A stretch of DNA of 50,505 bases from Escherichia phage tuinn, in the sequence record MN850606.1, one strand, 5' to 3'. The notes beneath the pieces are model-generated. The model was not told the origin of the DNA. It did not search any database and was given only the letters and a program-made list of their open reading frames with translations. A program made the translations under genes and the position numbers. Shown here one piece after another: positions 28,436 through 36,993 of this stretch. The stretch's first letter is position 1; each line of letters begins with the position of its first letter.

Positions 28436-28665
28436 CCGCGCGGTTTTCCGGTGTAGCGAAAACGAAAAAAACAAAAAAATCCCTCTATAATACATTGAAA
28501 ATAAAGATTATTTATTTATATATATCTATAATGTTTTCTTTTTGTTCTCACTGTTACAGTGCTTTTTGTTGGTTATGGTGTGGTTGTGTGTGGGTATATA
28601 TGGATAGTTGCGCGCGCGGCGGATTGCATATGTATATATACTTTTTCCGGCGGATTGCGTTAACA
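28436..28665 (+). repeat. non-coding regulatory region, copy B of duplicated element
   Basis: Shared segments with 7741..8000; A-tracts, two TATAAT boxes, GCGCGCGCG and ATATGTATATATA tracts, CGGCGGATTGC twice. Confidence 0.55.
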
Positions 28666-28759
28666 GCGTGAACATAAAAATAACAGCAGCGAAATCAATA
28701 ACTTGCGCATGATTTTGTAGTTTTTCGATATTGGTAACGTTTTGAATACAACAAAAACA

Positions 28760-28787
28760 TTGACACGCACCAAATAGCTTTTATAAT
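28760..28787 (+). promoter_or_regulatory. near-consensus sigma70 promoter of plus-strand early block
   Basis: TTGACA, 16-nt spacer, TATAAT. Confidence 0.65.
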
Positions 28788-28818
28788 GCGCCAACAGTCA
28801 ACAACTGGAGGAAAGGAA

Positions 28819-29280
28819 ATGGAACAGAAGACCACTAAGGACTATTGCGATTGGCTTCGCGAGCTTGGTCGCCGCCTGGCTAGTGGCGATATTGAAGAGT
28901 ATAAAATGTCACTAATTGACCTGGCCGGAATGTTAAGCGGTGACGACTGCTACAAGATCACGCGCAGTTCATCCTACAGCCGGACCATTATCAACCGCGT
29001 TCCAGAAGTAAGGGCCGCAGGTCGGGTAAGCATCAAGGTAGAGGAAACGGAAGATGATAAATTTTACGTTTTCCGCATGGTCCGCGAATCGAAAAGGAAA
29101 ATCATCACACCCGAAGAATTGCCAGCCATCAAGGCAAGGGCGATCAAAAAGTTTGCCGATCGCATACTGGCAGCAATCCCGAATATCGTTGACCTGGAAG
29201 GGGATAAACTGGCTGGGGCTTGCGAGGGCGTAAGCCGCTACCAGGATATGATCCGCGAAATCATCAAAGAGGAAGAGTAA
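28819..29280 (+). CDS. hypothetical early protein
   Basis: GGAGGAAAGG RBS before ATG 28819. Confidence 0.45.
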   Translation: MEQKTTKDYCDWLRELGRRLASGDIEEYKMSLIDLAGMLSGDDCYKITRSSSYSRTIINRVPEVRAAGRVSIKVEETEDDKFYVFRMVRESKRKIITPEELPAIKARAIKKFADRILAAIPNIVDLEGDKLAGACEGVSRYQDMIREIIKEEE

Positions 29281-29552
29281 TGAAAAAGGCATTAATCAGC
29301 GTTTTGGCGGCAATGGCATTCCTGACCGGATGCAAAGAAGATGGCGCGCATGTTGGCAATGTGCAGATGGCTAACCCTGGCGATGACTACAGCGTAAGGG
29401 AGCTATTCACCGCTGACGGTTGCACCGTTTACCGATTCTATGACGATCGCACTGTTTACTTCACCAACTGTAAGGGCACGACTAGCTGGGAAGTGTCGAA
29501 AAGCAATGGCAAAGGCACGAAGACAGAACATATGACCGTCGAGACAAAATAG
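29280..29552 (+). CDS. small Cys-containing lipoprotein (second candidate exclusion lipoprotein)
   Basis: Signal peptide with lipobox LTGC; three further Cys. Confidence 0.5.
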   Translation: MKKALISVLAAMAFLTGCKEDGAHVGNVQMANPGDDYSVRELFTADGCTVYRFYDDRTVYFTNCKGTTSWEVSKSNGKGTKTEHMTVETK

Positions 29553-29568
29553 CACTTTTTGTTAAAAC
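29547..29568 (+). promoter_or_regulatory. conserved motif copy
   Basis: AAATAGCACTTTTTGTTAAAAC incl. TAG stop. Confidence 0.6.
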
Positions 29569-29646
29569 TCGAAAACGATAACCAGGCATAATAAATCACA
29601 TAGGGCGGCACGGCGTCGCCCACAAAACCAATCAGGAGAAAGCACC

Positions 29647-30540
29647 ATGTTAAAACTTGCTGACATTAAATTCCCGATCACCTTCGAATCTCGCGGCATT
29701 GGTCATTACATTTTTACTGATGAAAAAACATGCCATAAAGTTGATCTTCATAGCTACAAGCGTGCGCCATCAGACATGGAGATTGAACACTTTATTGATG
29801 CGCACAATACGCAGTACAACGCACTTAAAGACTATGGCTATGCAATGCCAGGCTACACATGTTTGCACTACAAGCCATATAAGGGCCAAGTTTTACCAGT
29901 GCGCTCACCGGAACGCGCAGAGATTCCGATGGTTCATATGAAAACCTGCGACTACAAAAAGCTGTGGTGCTTAAGTCTGGACAATATCAAGTATCCTATC
30001 ACGTTCCGCACGACTGGTAAGTCAACGATTCGCTACACATCGCGCGACAATGGCGTTTATAGCGATGGTACGAAACCAGGGTTGAAAGTTGATTTCTTTG
30101 TCAACGGTCACAATAGATACAATCCGCACAACGAAGAGGATAAAGTGTACTACGTGGAAGACATTACAAAACACTTATTTGGAGAAACTCCATTCGGCGG
30201 CGGTAAGACGTCAATTCAAAAAATCATTGGCGATGAGATCCACAAAGCGGCTGCCGAAATGAAAGCGCCTGGAGGCTGGCGTATTGACAAGAGCGCATTT
30301 GCAAATCAAGAAATCGTAACGCAGGGCGCAATTGAAGATATGCCAGTTGCAGCCACTCTAAAAGGAGTCCGGCTTGATGACGGCACCTGGTATGAAGTAA
30401 CGGCTACACCAAAGACGATCGAGATTCATGATGACGTTGTTATCCTTCTGCTTCACTACGGCGTCTATAAAAACCGGACGATTGCAGGTGAGATCAGCAT
30501 TAAGCGCGGAACGATGGTTAAGTGGAAGGTGAAGATTTGA
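29647..30540 (+). CDS. hypothetical protein with internal duplication
   Basis: Two related halves (LADIKFPITFESRG.. / LDNIKYPITFRTTG..). Confidence 0.45.
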   Translation: MLKLADIKFPITFESRGIGHYIFTDEKTCHKVDLHSYKRAPSDMEIEHFIDAHNTQYNALKDYGYAMPGYTCLHYKPYKGQVLPVRSPERAEIPMVHMKTCDYKKLWCLSLDNIKYPITFRTTGKSTIRYTSRDNGVYSDGTKPGLKVDFFVNGHNRYNPHNEEDKVYYVEDITKHLFGETPFGGGKTSIQKIIGDEIHKAAAEMKAPGGWRIDKSAFANQEIVTQGAIEDMPVAATLKGVRLDDGTWYEVTATPKTIEIHDDVVILLLHYGVYKNRTIAGEISIKRGTMVKWKVKI

Positions 30541-30616
30541 GTTTGCTCACTGCGGCGCACGTCGCCGCATGGATCGGATTGTTTTCCTACCTGTTTAGCT
30601 TTTATTGAGGTGAGAG

Positions 30617-30769
30617 ATGGCTACCTGGATTTTGCTGATTCTTATGATTGATGGCGGCGTTGACCATATCGAAATGAATAGCCAGCAATCTTGCATTGAG
30701 GCACGAGAGCAGATCAAGAACAACAACAGGTTTTATGCGTACACTCACACGCTATGTATTAAGAAATAG
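30617..30769 (+). CDS. 50-aa small protein with hydrophobic N-terminus
   Basis: GAGGTGAGAG RBS; stop TAG lies in motif; below track cut-off. Confidence 0.3.
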   Translation: MATWILLILMIDGGVDHIEMNSQQSCIEAREQIKNNNRFYAYTHTLCIKK

Positions 30770-30785
30770 CACTTTTTGTTAAAAC
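30764..30785 (+). promoter_or_regulatory. conserved motif copy
   Basis: Motif followed by TATAAT at 30803..30808. Confidence 0.6.
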
Positions 30786-30838
30786 TCAAATGTGGGGCCA
30801 GGTATAATGGCCTCACTTTCAACGAAGGAGATAAAACG

Positions 30839-31060
30839 ATGTACATTAAAAAGAAGATGAAATGCGTTTCCGTTAACTATGCTTGCTCTGGCATGTTCAA
30901 GCCTGGCGAAATCTATACGGCGCAAAAACTGAAAACATCAACCGGATCTTTTTACGTGAGCAATAGTAAGGGGCATCGCATGTTCCTGAACGGCGGCGAA
31001 GGCACTAAGGTTATGGCACACGCTATGGTAATGGCTGAATTTGAGGAAGTGAAACAATGA
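30839..31060 (+). CDS. hypothetical protein, paralog A of tandem pair
   Basis: AAGGAG RBS; shares PGxxY..FLNGxxGT..AEFEEVK pattern with next gene. Confidence 0.45.
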   Translation: MYIKKKMKCVSVNYACSGMFKPGEIYTAQKLKTSTGSFYVSNSKGHRMFLNGGEGTKVMAHAMVMAEFEEVKQ

Positions 31061-31302
31061 TCATTGAAAACAATTTTCTTTGCGTTAAGAGCAATAGACC
31101 ATTCTTCACGCCTGGCAAGGTGTACCAGGGCAAGAAGGACACAAGAGATGGTCACTCTTATCATGTTCACTGCAACAACGGATACAAGTTTTACCTTAAC
31201 GGCGAGAATGGAACTGAGATCGTTGCGTTTGAAAACGTAGTTGCCGAGTTTGAGCAGATTACAGACGCGGAATTTGAGGAAGTGAAAGATGAAAACAAAT
31301 AA
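31057..31302 (+). CDS. hypothetical protein, paralog B of tandem pair
   Basis: Overlapping start; paralogous to 30839..31060. Confidence 0.45.
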   Translation: MIIENNFLCVKSNRPFFTPGKVYQGKKDTRDGHSYHVHCNNGYKFYLNGENGTEIVAFENVVAEFEQITDAEFEEVKDENK

Positions 31303-31486
31303 GCGCGTCAAGCACAGGTTTACTGATAACCACGGCGACGCGATTGATGTATACAAGTTTGGCGATCGAGTTTTTATTGATGGCACGTTTGAAGGTGGGC
31401 GTAGGCCGGATTTTAGGTCGATACTTACCGTTGACCAAGTGCGCAAGCTGGCAGATAAGTTAAATGATCTGGCAGATGAAATATAA
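31289..31486 (+). CDS. hypothetical protein
   Basis: 65-aa ORF. Confidence 0.35.
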   Translation: MKTNKRVKHRFTDNHGDAIDVYKFGDRVFIDGTFEGGRRPDFRSILTVDQVRKLADKLNDLADEI

Positions 31487-31521
31487 TACAAGCAAATCCA
31501 TTTTAATTGATAGGTTTTATA

Positions 31522-32065
31522 ATGAAAAAAATACACTTTCGAACTATGGGGCAAGAAGTACGAATTAATCACCAGCAAGCGGATTGTTATCGTTGACCTA
31601 GACGGCACACTATCTGACGGATCGCATCGTTTGCATTTGCTGCCAACTGAAAACTTGCACCTTACGGAGTTGTGGAGCGAATTTAACAGGGCCGCCGCCG
31701 GAGATTCACCGATTAAAAGCACGATCGCGGTTATTAACGGTTTGTGGGTGTCGGGATTTGCCATCGTCATCTTGACCGGACGCAGCGACGAAGTGCGCTA
31801 TGAAACATGCAAATGGTTGAATGAGAACGGCGTGAAGTTTGACGAAATCATCATGCGCCGCCAGGAGGACAACCGAAAGGATACGGTTATTAAAGAAGAA
31901 GCCTTGCGCGCTATTGGCCTGGACAATATTGTTTGCGCCTTTGACGATTCTCCGAACGTTGTTAAGCACTTCCGCAGCCTGGGGATCACAACCTATCAGG
32001 TCACGGAATATGACAAGCCGCACGCTCACCTGCAATCTCACGGCGTGGAGGAGTTGCAGAAATGA
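31522..32065 (+). CDS. HAD-superfamily phosphatase (polynucleotide 3'-phosphatase-like); ATG at 31522 is out of frame because of an A7 tract
   Basis: HAD motifs VIVDLDGTLSDG, ILTGRSD, FDDSPN in frame entered at 31526; removing one A from 31525..31531 gives ATG-initiated MKKYTFELWGKKYEL.. Confidence 0.55.
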
Positions 32066-32271
32066 TCCTGAATGTAGCATATGCTAACCCTCGCGGCTGC
32101 AATATATACGGCTTTAAGGTTGGCGCGATGGTCAACGCCAGGATAAACGAAAAAGGCGTATTAGTTGTCAAGTCTCCTAAAACTGGCGTGGATATGCGCA
32201 TCAAGGAGAACGGCGGAAGATTGTTTATCAGGTCAATGTCTGGTCAAACGCTCGCAACGTTCACCAAATAG
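32062..32271 (+). CDS. hypothetical protein
   Basis: 69-aa ORF, ATGA overlap with upstream gene. Confidence 0.35.
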   Translation: MILNVAYANPRGCNIYGFKVGAMVNARINEKGVLVVKSPKTGVDMRIKENGGRLFIRSMSGQTLATFTK

Positions 32272-32288
32272 CACGAATTGCAAAAAAC
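32266..32288 (+). promoter_or_regulatory. conserved motif copy (variant)
   Basis: AAATAGCACGAATTGCAAAAAAC; TATAGT at 32307..32312. Confidence 0.55.
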
Positions 32289-32343
32289 AGATCATCGGGC
32301 TTGCTGTATAGTAAGCCCATCAACAACAAACGAGGATTAAATC

Positions 32344-32607
32344 ATGGCTAACAAGATCGAGTTTTTTAAAGCTGTAGACATTATCGACGGCGCGCCTAGC
32401 TTCTTTGCTATCCATTCTATTGACGGCAAGGATATTGGGTACAACGTTATCCGTCGAGATGGAATATCAAAAATTAGTGACCTGGTAGGCCATATTGTGT
32501 CAAACGGGAAATGCGCATGGCCCGATTCGCCACGAGAGCCGCGCCGCCGCGACATGGTAGAGCCTGTTCTGCTTTACACTCTGGTAGTAGAGGGAGAAAA
32601 TAAATGA
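32344..32607 (+). CDS. hypothetical protein
   Basis: 87-aa ORF. Confidence 0.4.
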   Translation: MANKIEFFKAVDIIDGAPSFFAIHSIDGKDIGYNVIRRDGISKISDLVGHIVSNGKCAWPDSPREPRRRDMVEPVLLYTLVVEGENK

Positions 32608-32789
32608 TTTTGTTACTTGCTTTTTTGGTTGTTTTTCTTTACATTTCAGGCTTATTCACGTTCCGCGCGTTTGTGAAATATTCTGGCGCGACAGACAAGG
32701 ACGATAAAATCGTTCTCGCTTTCTGGTTTGTTTGGGTGTGGTTAGCAATTTACGAGATCATCAGAGACAAACAGAAATTTGAGTGGTGA
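32604..32789 (+). CDS. small membrane protein (two predicted TM segments)
   Basis: Hydrophobic stretches LLLAFLVVFLYISGLF and LAFWFVWVWLAIY. Confidence 0.4.
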   Translation: MILLLAFLVVFLYISGLFTFRAFVKYSGATDKDDKIVLAFWFVWVWLAIYEIIRDKQKFEW

Positions 32790-32848
32790 TTCTTGCTATG
32801 GCGCATTCATGCAGTGCGCCATGTTGAGAAAACCTAAAGGGGGAGACG

Positions 32849-32998
32849 ATGCGTAACTTTGAAAAAATCATTACCAAAAAGAAGCGTCGCGGGTACGATG
32901 AGCATGTGGAGCTTGTGAAAAAGCAACGCAAGAAGCGCAACGAAGACAAGAAGCGCGGGAAAAAATTTAATGCGATTTTTCGCTATGGAGATCATTAA
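32849..32998 (+). CDS. 49-aa highly basic small protein
   Basis: AAAGGGGGAG RBS; Lys/Arg-rich; stop abuts next gene; below track cut-off. Confidence 0.3.
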   Translation: MRNFEKIITKKKRRGYDEHVELVKKQRKKRNEDKKRGKKFNAIFRYGDH

Positions 32999-33000
32999 TC

Positions 33001-33591
33001 ATGAAACGAGACATTATCATCCTTAATGGGCCGCCAGGTTGCGGGAAGGACACTATTGCAGCTTACCTAACGGGCCATCGTTACCCAGCGGTTAAGGCGT
33101 CATTCAAACAGCCGATGTTCGATATTGCGTTTTCCATGCTTGGCCCGACTCGATATGATGAGTTTATTGACCTGTACAACGACCGAGAGCAAAAAGAAAA
33201 GCCTCAAGTTATCTTAGGCGGCAAGTCACCTCGACAATTCATGATCTGGATTAGCGAGGATGTAATGAAGCCAGTCTTTGGGGAGCAGTATTTCGGGCGT
33301 CGAATGGTTGAAGAGATTAACGAGATGTACCGAGATTTGGCGGTTGTGATCAGTGATGGCGGATTCCCCGAAGAAGTCAAGCCGCTTGTTAAGGCAGGGA
33401 ATGAGGTGCATATTTGCCGATTGCATCGCGACGGCTTCACGTTTGCTGGCGATTCGAGAGACTACATTGACCTGAGCGGTTATCACTATCGAATCCATCA
33501 CTATGACTTCCACTTGCAGGACGGCAAGCCGGAACTGGCTGTAAACGAGATCGTCAATGCTGTCAAATGGAAGCACACAAAGATTAAATAG
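33001..33591 (+). CDS. P-loop kinase (dNMP kinase-like or polynucleotide kinase-like)
   Basis: Walker A LNGPPGCGKDT. Confidence 0.5.
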   Translation: MKRDIIILNGPPGCGKDTIAAYLTGHRYPAVKASFKQPMFDIAFSMLGPTRYDEFIDLYNDREQKEKPQVILGGKSPRQFMIWISEDVMKPVFGEQYFGRRMVEEINEMYRDLAVVISDGGFPEEVKPLVKAGNEVHICRLHRDGFTFAGDSRDYIDLSGYHYRIHHYDFHLQDGKPELAVNEIVNAVKWKHTKIK

Positions 33592-33606
33592 CACGAATTG
33601 CTAAAC
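33586..33606 (+). promoter_or_regulatory. conserved motif copy (variant)
   Basis: AAATAGCACGAATTGCTAAAC; TATAAT at 33626..33631. Confidence 0.55.
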
Positions 33607-33661
33607 GCGGGGCGCAATGCCTCGCTATAATGCAAACACCAATCAACGAGAGGAAACAATC

Positions 33662-34180
33662 ATGGTGGAGTTAAACGACATTCGCGTTGGAACAAAATTT
33701 CGCGTAACCTGGGCAGATAAATATTGTGGCGTTAGCAAGGGCCAGGTTGTTGCGGTGGATAGTATTTATCGTGGTGTTAGTGGTGACTTTTGCCGTCCGC
33801 GCATCAATAATGGCTATATCATTACTCGCCGTATTGGCTTTGATAATTATTGCGTAGTGGCGACTCAAGGAGTTTTGATTGAGCTTAAGAGAATCAGCGA
33901 TCATCTCGGTCGTCATGTTAAGGCAATGAAAACACCATTTCAGAGAGCGAGATACGATGCGCGACGTATGCGCCGACTTGCGCGAAATGCGATCAAGTTC
34001 AAAAAGCCTGGCGATGATTTTTACGGCATGTATAAGGGATTGCGCGCAATGCTGGGAAATAACAATAACGCAACGAATCCTAAGCCACCTTTTGATTTTC
34101 ATTCCGCAATGATTGCGGTATTATCAATGCTACTTTTTCTTTATAGCATGAGGGCGCTACTATGGTTTTTAACGCATTGA
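33662..34180 (+). CDS. hypothetical protein with C-terminal TM segment
   Basis: ORF from ATG 33662; hydrophobic C-terminus. Confidence 0.4.
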   Translation: MVELNDIRVGTKFRVTWADKYCGVSKGQVVAVDSIYRGVSGDFCRPRINNGYIITRRIGFDNYCVVATQGVLIELKRISDHLGRHVKAMKTPFQRARYDARRMRRLARNAIKFKKPGDDFYGMYKGLRAMLGNNNNATNPKPPFDFHSAMIAVLSMLLFLYSMRALLWFLTH

Positions 34181-34410
34181 AACGACTGTTTAAGCCGGAA
34201 TACCGGATCGTGTTTTGCCGAGACTGTTCTACTTATCATGTGCAGCGACGCAGCTTAGGCGGCAATTGGCACTATGTTACAGACGACTTTTTCGGCATCA
34301 TTGCCACTGAATTTAAGTATTACAGCGATGCTTATATTTACGTCAAGAAGCGCCACCGCTTACGCAAGTGTCGTTTTTCCGTGCTGATTCACGTTAATGA
34401 TTGTTACTGA
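34162..34410 (+). CDS. hypothetical protein
   Basis: 82-aa ORF. Confidence 0.35.
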   Translation: MVFNALKRLFKPEYRIVFCRDCSTYHVQRRSLGGNWHYVTDDFFGIIATEFKYYSDAYIYVKKRHRLRKCRFSVLIHVNDCY

Positions 34411-34417
34411 GGTGAAA

Positions 34418-34600
34418 ATGAAAACTGGTATTATTATTCTTTTCCTGATTCTTTTCGGCAGTCATTTAACCATTAACTATGAGGGCATTATGGCCTTTTG
34501 GGGCAACTTGATGATGTTTGCTGCTGGTTCAATTGCTGGCTACTCTGACGGGAAAAAGGATGGTGTGCGCAAGATGCTTATGGGGCTTAAACAAAAATAA
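34418..34600 (+). CDS. small membrane protein
   Basis: GAGGTG RBS; hydrophobic N-terminal half. Confidence 0.4.
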   Translation: MKTGIIILFLILFGSHLTINYEGIMAFWGNLMMFAAGSIAGYSDGKKDGVRKMLMGLKQK

Positions 34601-34611
34601 GGGGATATGAA

Positions 34612-34902
34612 ATGGCAAACAAAACTTACCGCAAACTACTGGTTAACGCTTTTGAAAACATCGCGCAGTGTAACAAGTGGAACGACTCTAAACACTCGCC
34701 AATCACAATGAAGCGCGCCGGATTCAAAAATGCTCGTTCATGGGCGCGAGCTTTCGCAGCTTGCTATATGCCGGATGTCGGACTAGGGGTGATGAACGAT
34801 TTTTTGATCAACATGATAGAGGAAGCGGCGCGAGAGGATCGACCGCTGACACAGCGAGATTTTGACGGCTTCGCGCGCGATGAGCTTTACTATCTGAGCT
34901 AA
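34612..34902 (+). CDS. hypothetical protein
   Basis: 96-aa ORF. Confidence 0.4.
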   Translation: MANKTYRKLLVNAFENIAQCNKWNDSKHSPITMKRAGFKNARSWARAFAACYMPDVGLGVMNDFLINMIEEAAREDRPLTQRDFDGFARDELYYLS

Positions 34903-34921
34903 TAGCACTTTTTGTTAAAAC
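34901..34921 (+). promoter_or_regulatory. conserved motif copy
   Basis: AATAGCACTTTTTGTTAAAAC incl. TAA stop; hairpin with TAAAGT follows. Confidence 0.6.
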
Positions 34922-34977
34922 TTCCGCAAGGGCATTTGGTAAAGTGCCCTTATTGAAGCGAAACAGAGGAAAGCGCA

Positions 34978-35190
34978 ATGAAAATCAAAATCACCAAAAT
35001 CGACACTATCAACGGCGACGGATCAATCACTCTTGAGCAATGTGGCTTGGTTGTTGGTGATGTGCTGGAAGTTGACGGACATTTCAGCGACGGATCTTAT
35101 TGTGTTATTGCGCCGCGCAACAGCGAGTTTATCAAGGCTGGCGACAATATTAGTGTTAACCATGACGAATGCGAGGTAGTAGAAGAATGA
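34978..35190 (+). CDS. hypothetical protein
   Basis: 70-aa ORF. Confidence 0.4.
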   Translation: MKIKITKIDTINGDGSITLEQCGLVVGDVLEVDGHFSDGSYCVIAPRNSEFIKAGDNISVNHDECEVVEE

Positions 35191-35420
35191 TCACGATTAA
35201 CCTTTCAGAGAAGCAAGCATATCAAGTGATGCGCTACATTTCTGGCTTTGGTATGGAAGGCGCTATGGGTGAAGTTGCGGATCAGATTTGCCGTCAACTT
35301 ACACCAGCACCAACGCGAGCGGCAGAAACTGCCGCATGGCGCAACGAGGCTGGATACATCCAGAAAGCTATTGAAGACTGGAAGCGCATAAACGAGACTA
35401 TGGAGGAATCAGGTTTATGA
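35187..35420 (+). CDS. hypothetical protein
   Basis: ATGA overlap; GAGG RBS. Confidence 0.4.
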   Translation: MITINLSEKQAYQVMRYISGFGMEGAMGEVADQICRQLTPAPTRAAETAAWRNEAGYIQKAIEDWKRINETMEESGL

Positions 35421-35731
35421 TTTATATTCACTACTACCAAATCGGAACTAACGAGAACAAGAAAGAGCATCGTTTCATCCATGATGATTTGGACAAGGCA
35501 AAGGCACAGCAACAGGTTTTAGGCGGTGTCATTCAGGCTTTTGAGCCTGTAGAAGATATTGAGTACCGCGAGCATTTAAAAGATGTTGTTATTGATGAGA
35601 TCTCTTGCTTGATTGATGATATGACAAATCACGGCCCTGGTTCCCCGTGGGAAGATGCAGGATCTGTAACGTGGGATAAGGCCAAAGTTAAGACGCTAAA
35701 CAACTTTCGAGAGATTCTCGACGGTTTTTAA
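35417..35731 (+). CDS. hypothetical protein
   Basis: 104-aa ORF, coupled start. Confidence 0.4.
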   Translation: MIYIHYYQIGTNENKKEHRFIHDDLDKAKAQQQVLGGVIQAFEPVEDIEYREHLKDVVIDEISCLIDDMTNHGPGSPWEDAGSVTWDKAKVKTLNNFREILDGF

Positions 35732-35926
35732 TTAAAAACGCATAGCCGTTAGAGCGCCTAAATCGCATTCTAACGAGCTATTTTTCTGGTAAGGTGATTT
35801 GGATGAGTACAAACAACCCTCGCAATGGTGCAAAGAGAAGCAGGAGGAAGCACTTGAGCGCGGAGATGTAGAAGAAGCTATGAACTATTTCAAACTTGCG
35901 GAAGAATGGAAGGGGAGAGGATACTG

Positions 35927-36157
35927 ATGTTCGGCATGAACGAGGCGCAATTCAACGCAGCTAAACGCCAGGCTAAAAAGTGCGGCGAGGCAATGAAAGC
36001 GGATGTGGAAAAGCGCGGGAAGTATGTTGATGAAGTAATGAAGGGCATCATTGCAGAACACTACCAGCCAATCGCGCCAATGTTGACGATCACTCAATTC
36101 ATTTGGCTATGTGGTTACTTGCGCGGACGTTGGGGGAACGCTTTCGACAGGGAATGA
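35927..36157 (+). CDS. hypothetical protein
   Basis: GGGGAGAGG RBS before ATG 35927. Confidence 0.4.
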   Translation: MFGMNEAQFNAAKRQAKKCGEAMKADVEKRGKYVDEVMKGIIAEHYQPIAPMLTITQFIWLCGYLRGRWGNAFDRE

Positions 36158-36186
36158 TTGACAACTCTTTCCTGATTGGTTAGCAT
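36158..36186 (+). promoter_or_regulatory. sigma70-like promoter
   Basis: TTGACA, 17-nt spacer, TAGCAT; palindrome GTGACGCGATAGTCAC at 36223..36238. Confidence 0.5.
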
Positions 36187-36318
36187 GGCGTCGTTTACAT
36201 AAGAGCGGCTTTGTCCGAACGCGTGACGCGATAGTCACACAACAACGGCGATATGCAGGAGGTTTTTGCAATGCAAAATAATCCGTAAGACGTATCGCCT
36301 TTTTAATGGAGATCCAAA

Positions 36319-36552
36319 ATGATTAAATACAAATTAACCGTTTCTTTCCGTGATACCGTTATTCATCCTTTCTACAATAGCTTTGTTAACAGCTTTACAG
36401 TAGAAGCGACAAATGATCAGCTTGGCGGTGACGAAACTTGCATTTCTATCGGCAATGTTGCTTATCCGATTCACAACATTACCAGCATTAAGCGTGAGGT
36501 TGTCGCTGATGAATTACAAAGTGAAGATGACGATCCGGCGAATGGGGCGTAA
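36319..36552 (+). CDS. hypothetical protein
   Basis: GGAG RBS; 77-aa ORF. Confidence 0.4.
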   Translation: MIKYKLTVSFRDTVIHPFYNSFVNSFTVEATNDQLGGDETCISIGNVAYPIHNITSIKREVVADELQSEDDDPANGA

Positions 36553-36694
36553 CTGCCAATCATGCAAACAGGAATATGAATGCGTAGTTGATGCTCTTGA
36601 TGAACTGGAAGCAGTAGCAAAAGCAAAAGAGCAATCGGGCGCTAATCCTGAAACACATCAATTTTCAATTAACCTTGTGAGGGCTTTACAATGA
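36524..36694 (+). CDS. small Cys-containing protein (start uncertain)
   Basis: CxxC..C; overlaps upstream ORF. Confidence 0.3.
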   Translation, partial: KMTIRRMGRNCQSCKQEYECVVDALDELEAVAKAKEQSGANPETHQFSINLVRALQ

Positions 36695-36915
36695 TCGCAT
36701 TATCTTTCTGCATTGGTTTTATCATGGCTATCATTATCTTTTCCGTTGTCATGCGCTTTGCTTATAAGTTCGTGATTAATAAAGGTTGGTACGCTTCTGC
36801 AATCTGGAGCGAAAAACAAAAGAAATGGCTTGTCCGTGGTCAATACCTGATGATCGGCAGCAAGATTCTAAATTCCATTCGAGCCAAAGATGGAAAAGTA
36901 AAATATACAGCTTAA
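36691..36915 (+). CDS. small membrane protein
   Basis: Hydrophobic N-terminal segment. Confidence 0.4.
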   Translation: MIALSFCIGFIMAIIIFSVVMRFAYKFVINKGWYASAIWSEKQKKWLVRGQYLMIGSKILNSIRAKDGKVKYTA

Positions 36916-36920
36916 AAATT

Positions 36921-36944
36921 ACCCGCCGCACGGCGGGTTTTTTA
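36921..36944 (+). terminator. rho-independent terminator at end of early block
   Basis: ACCCGCCG-CA-CGGCGGGT plus T6. Confidence 0.65.
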
Positions 36945-36956
36945 TTGCCCGTTGTC

Positions 36957-36965
36957 TGGTATAAT
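36957..36965 (+). promoter_or_regulatory. extended -10 promoter of late operon
   Basis: TGGTATAAT (TGn + TATAAT) about 30 nt upstream of terminase small subunit. Confidence 0.45.
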
Positions 36966-36993
36966 CAGGCATCTAACCAAAGGAGGATTAACA

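Noticed and set aside
35803-35926. Short overlapping ORFs between 35731 and 35927 (a 21-aa basic peptide and a 42-aa alternative frame)
   Set aside because: Too short and ambiguous; could be leader peptides or non-coding 5' UTR.
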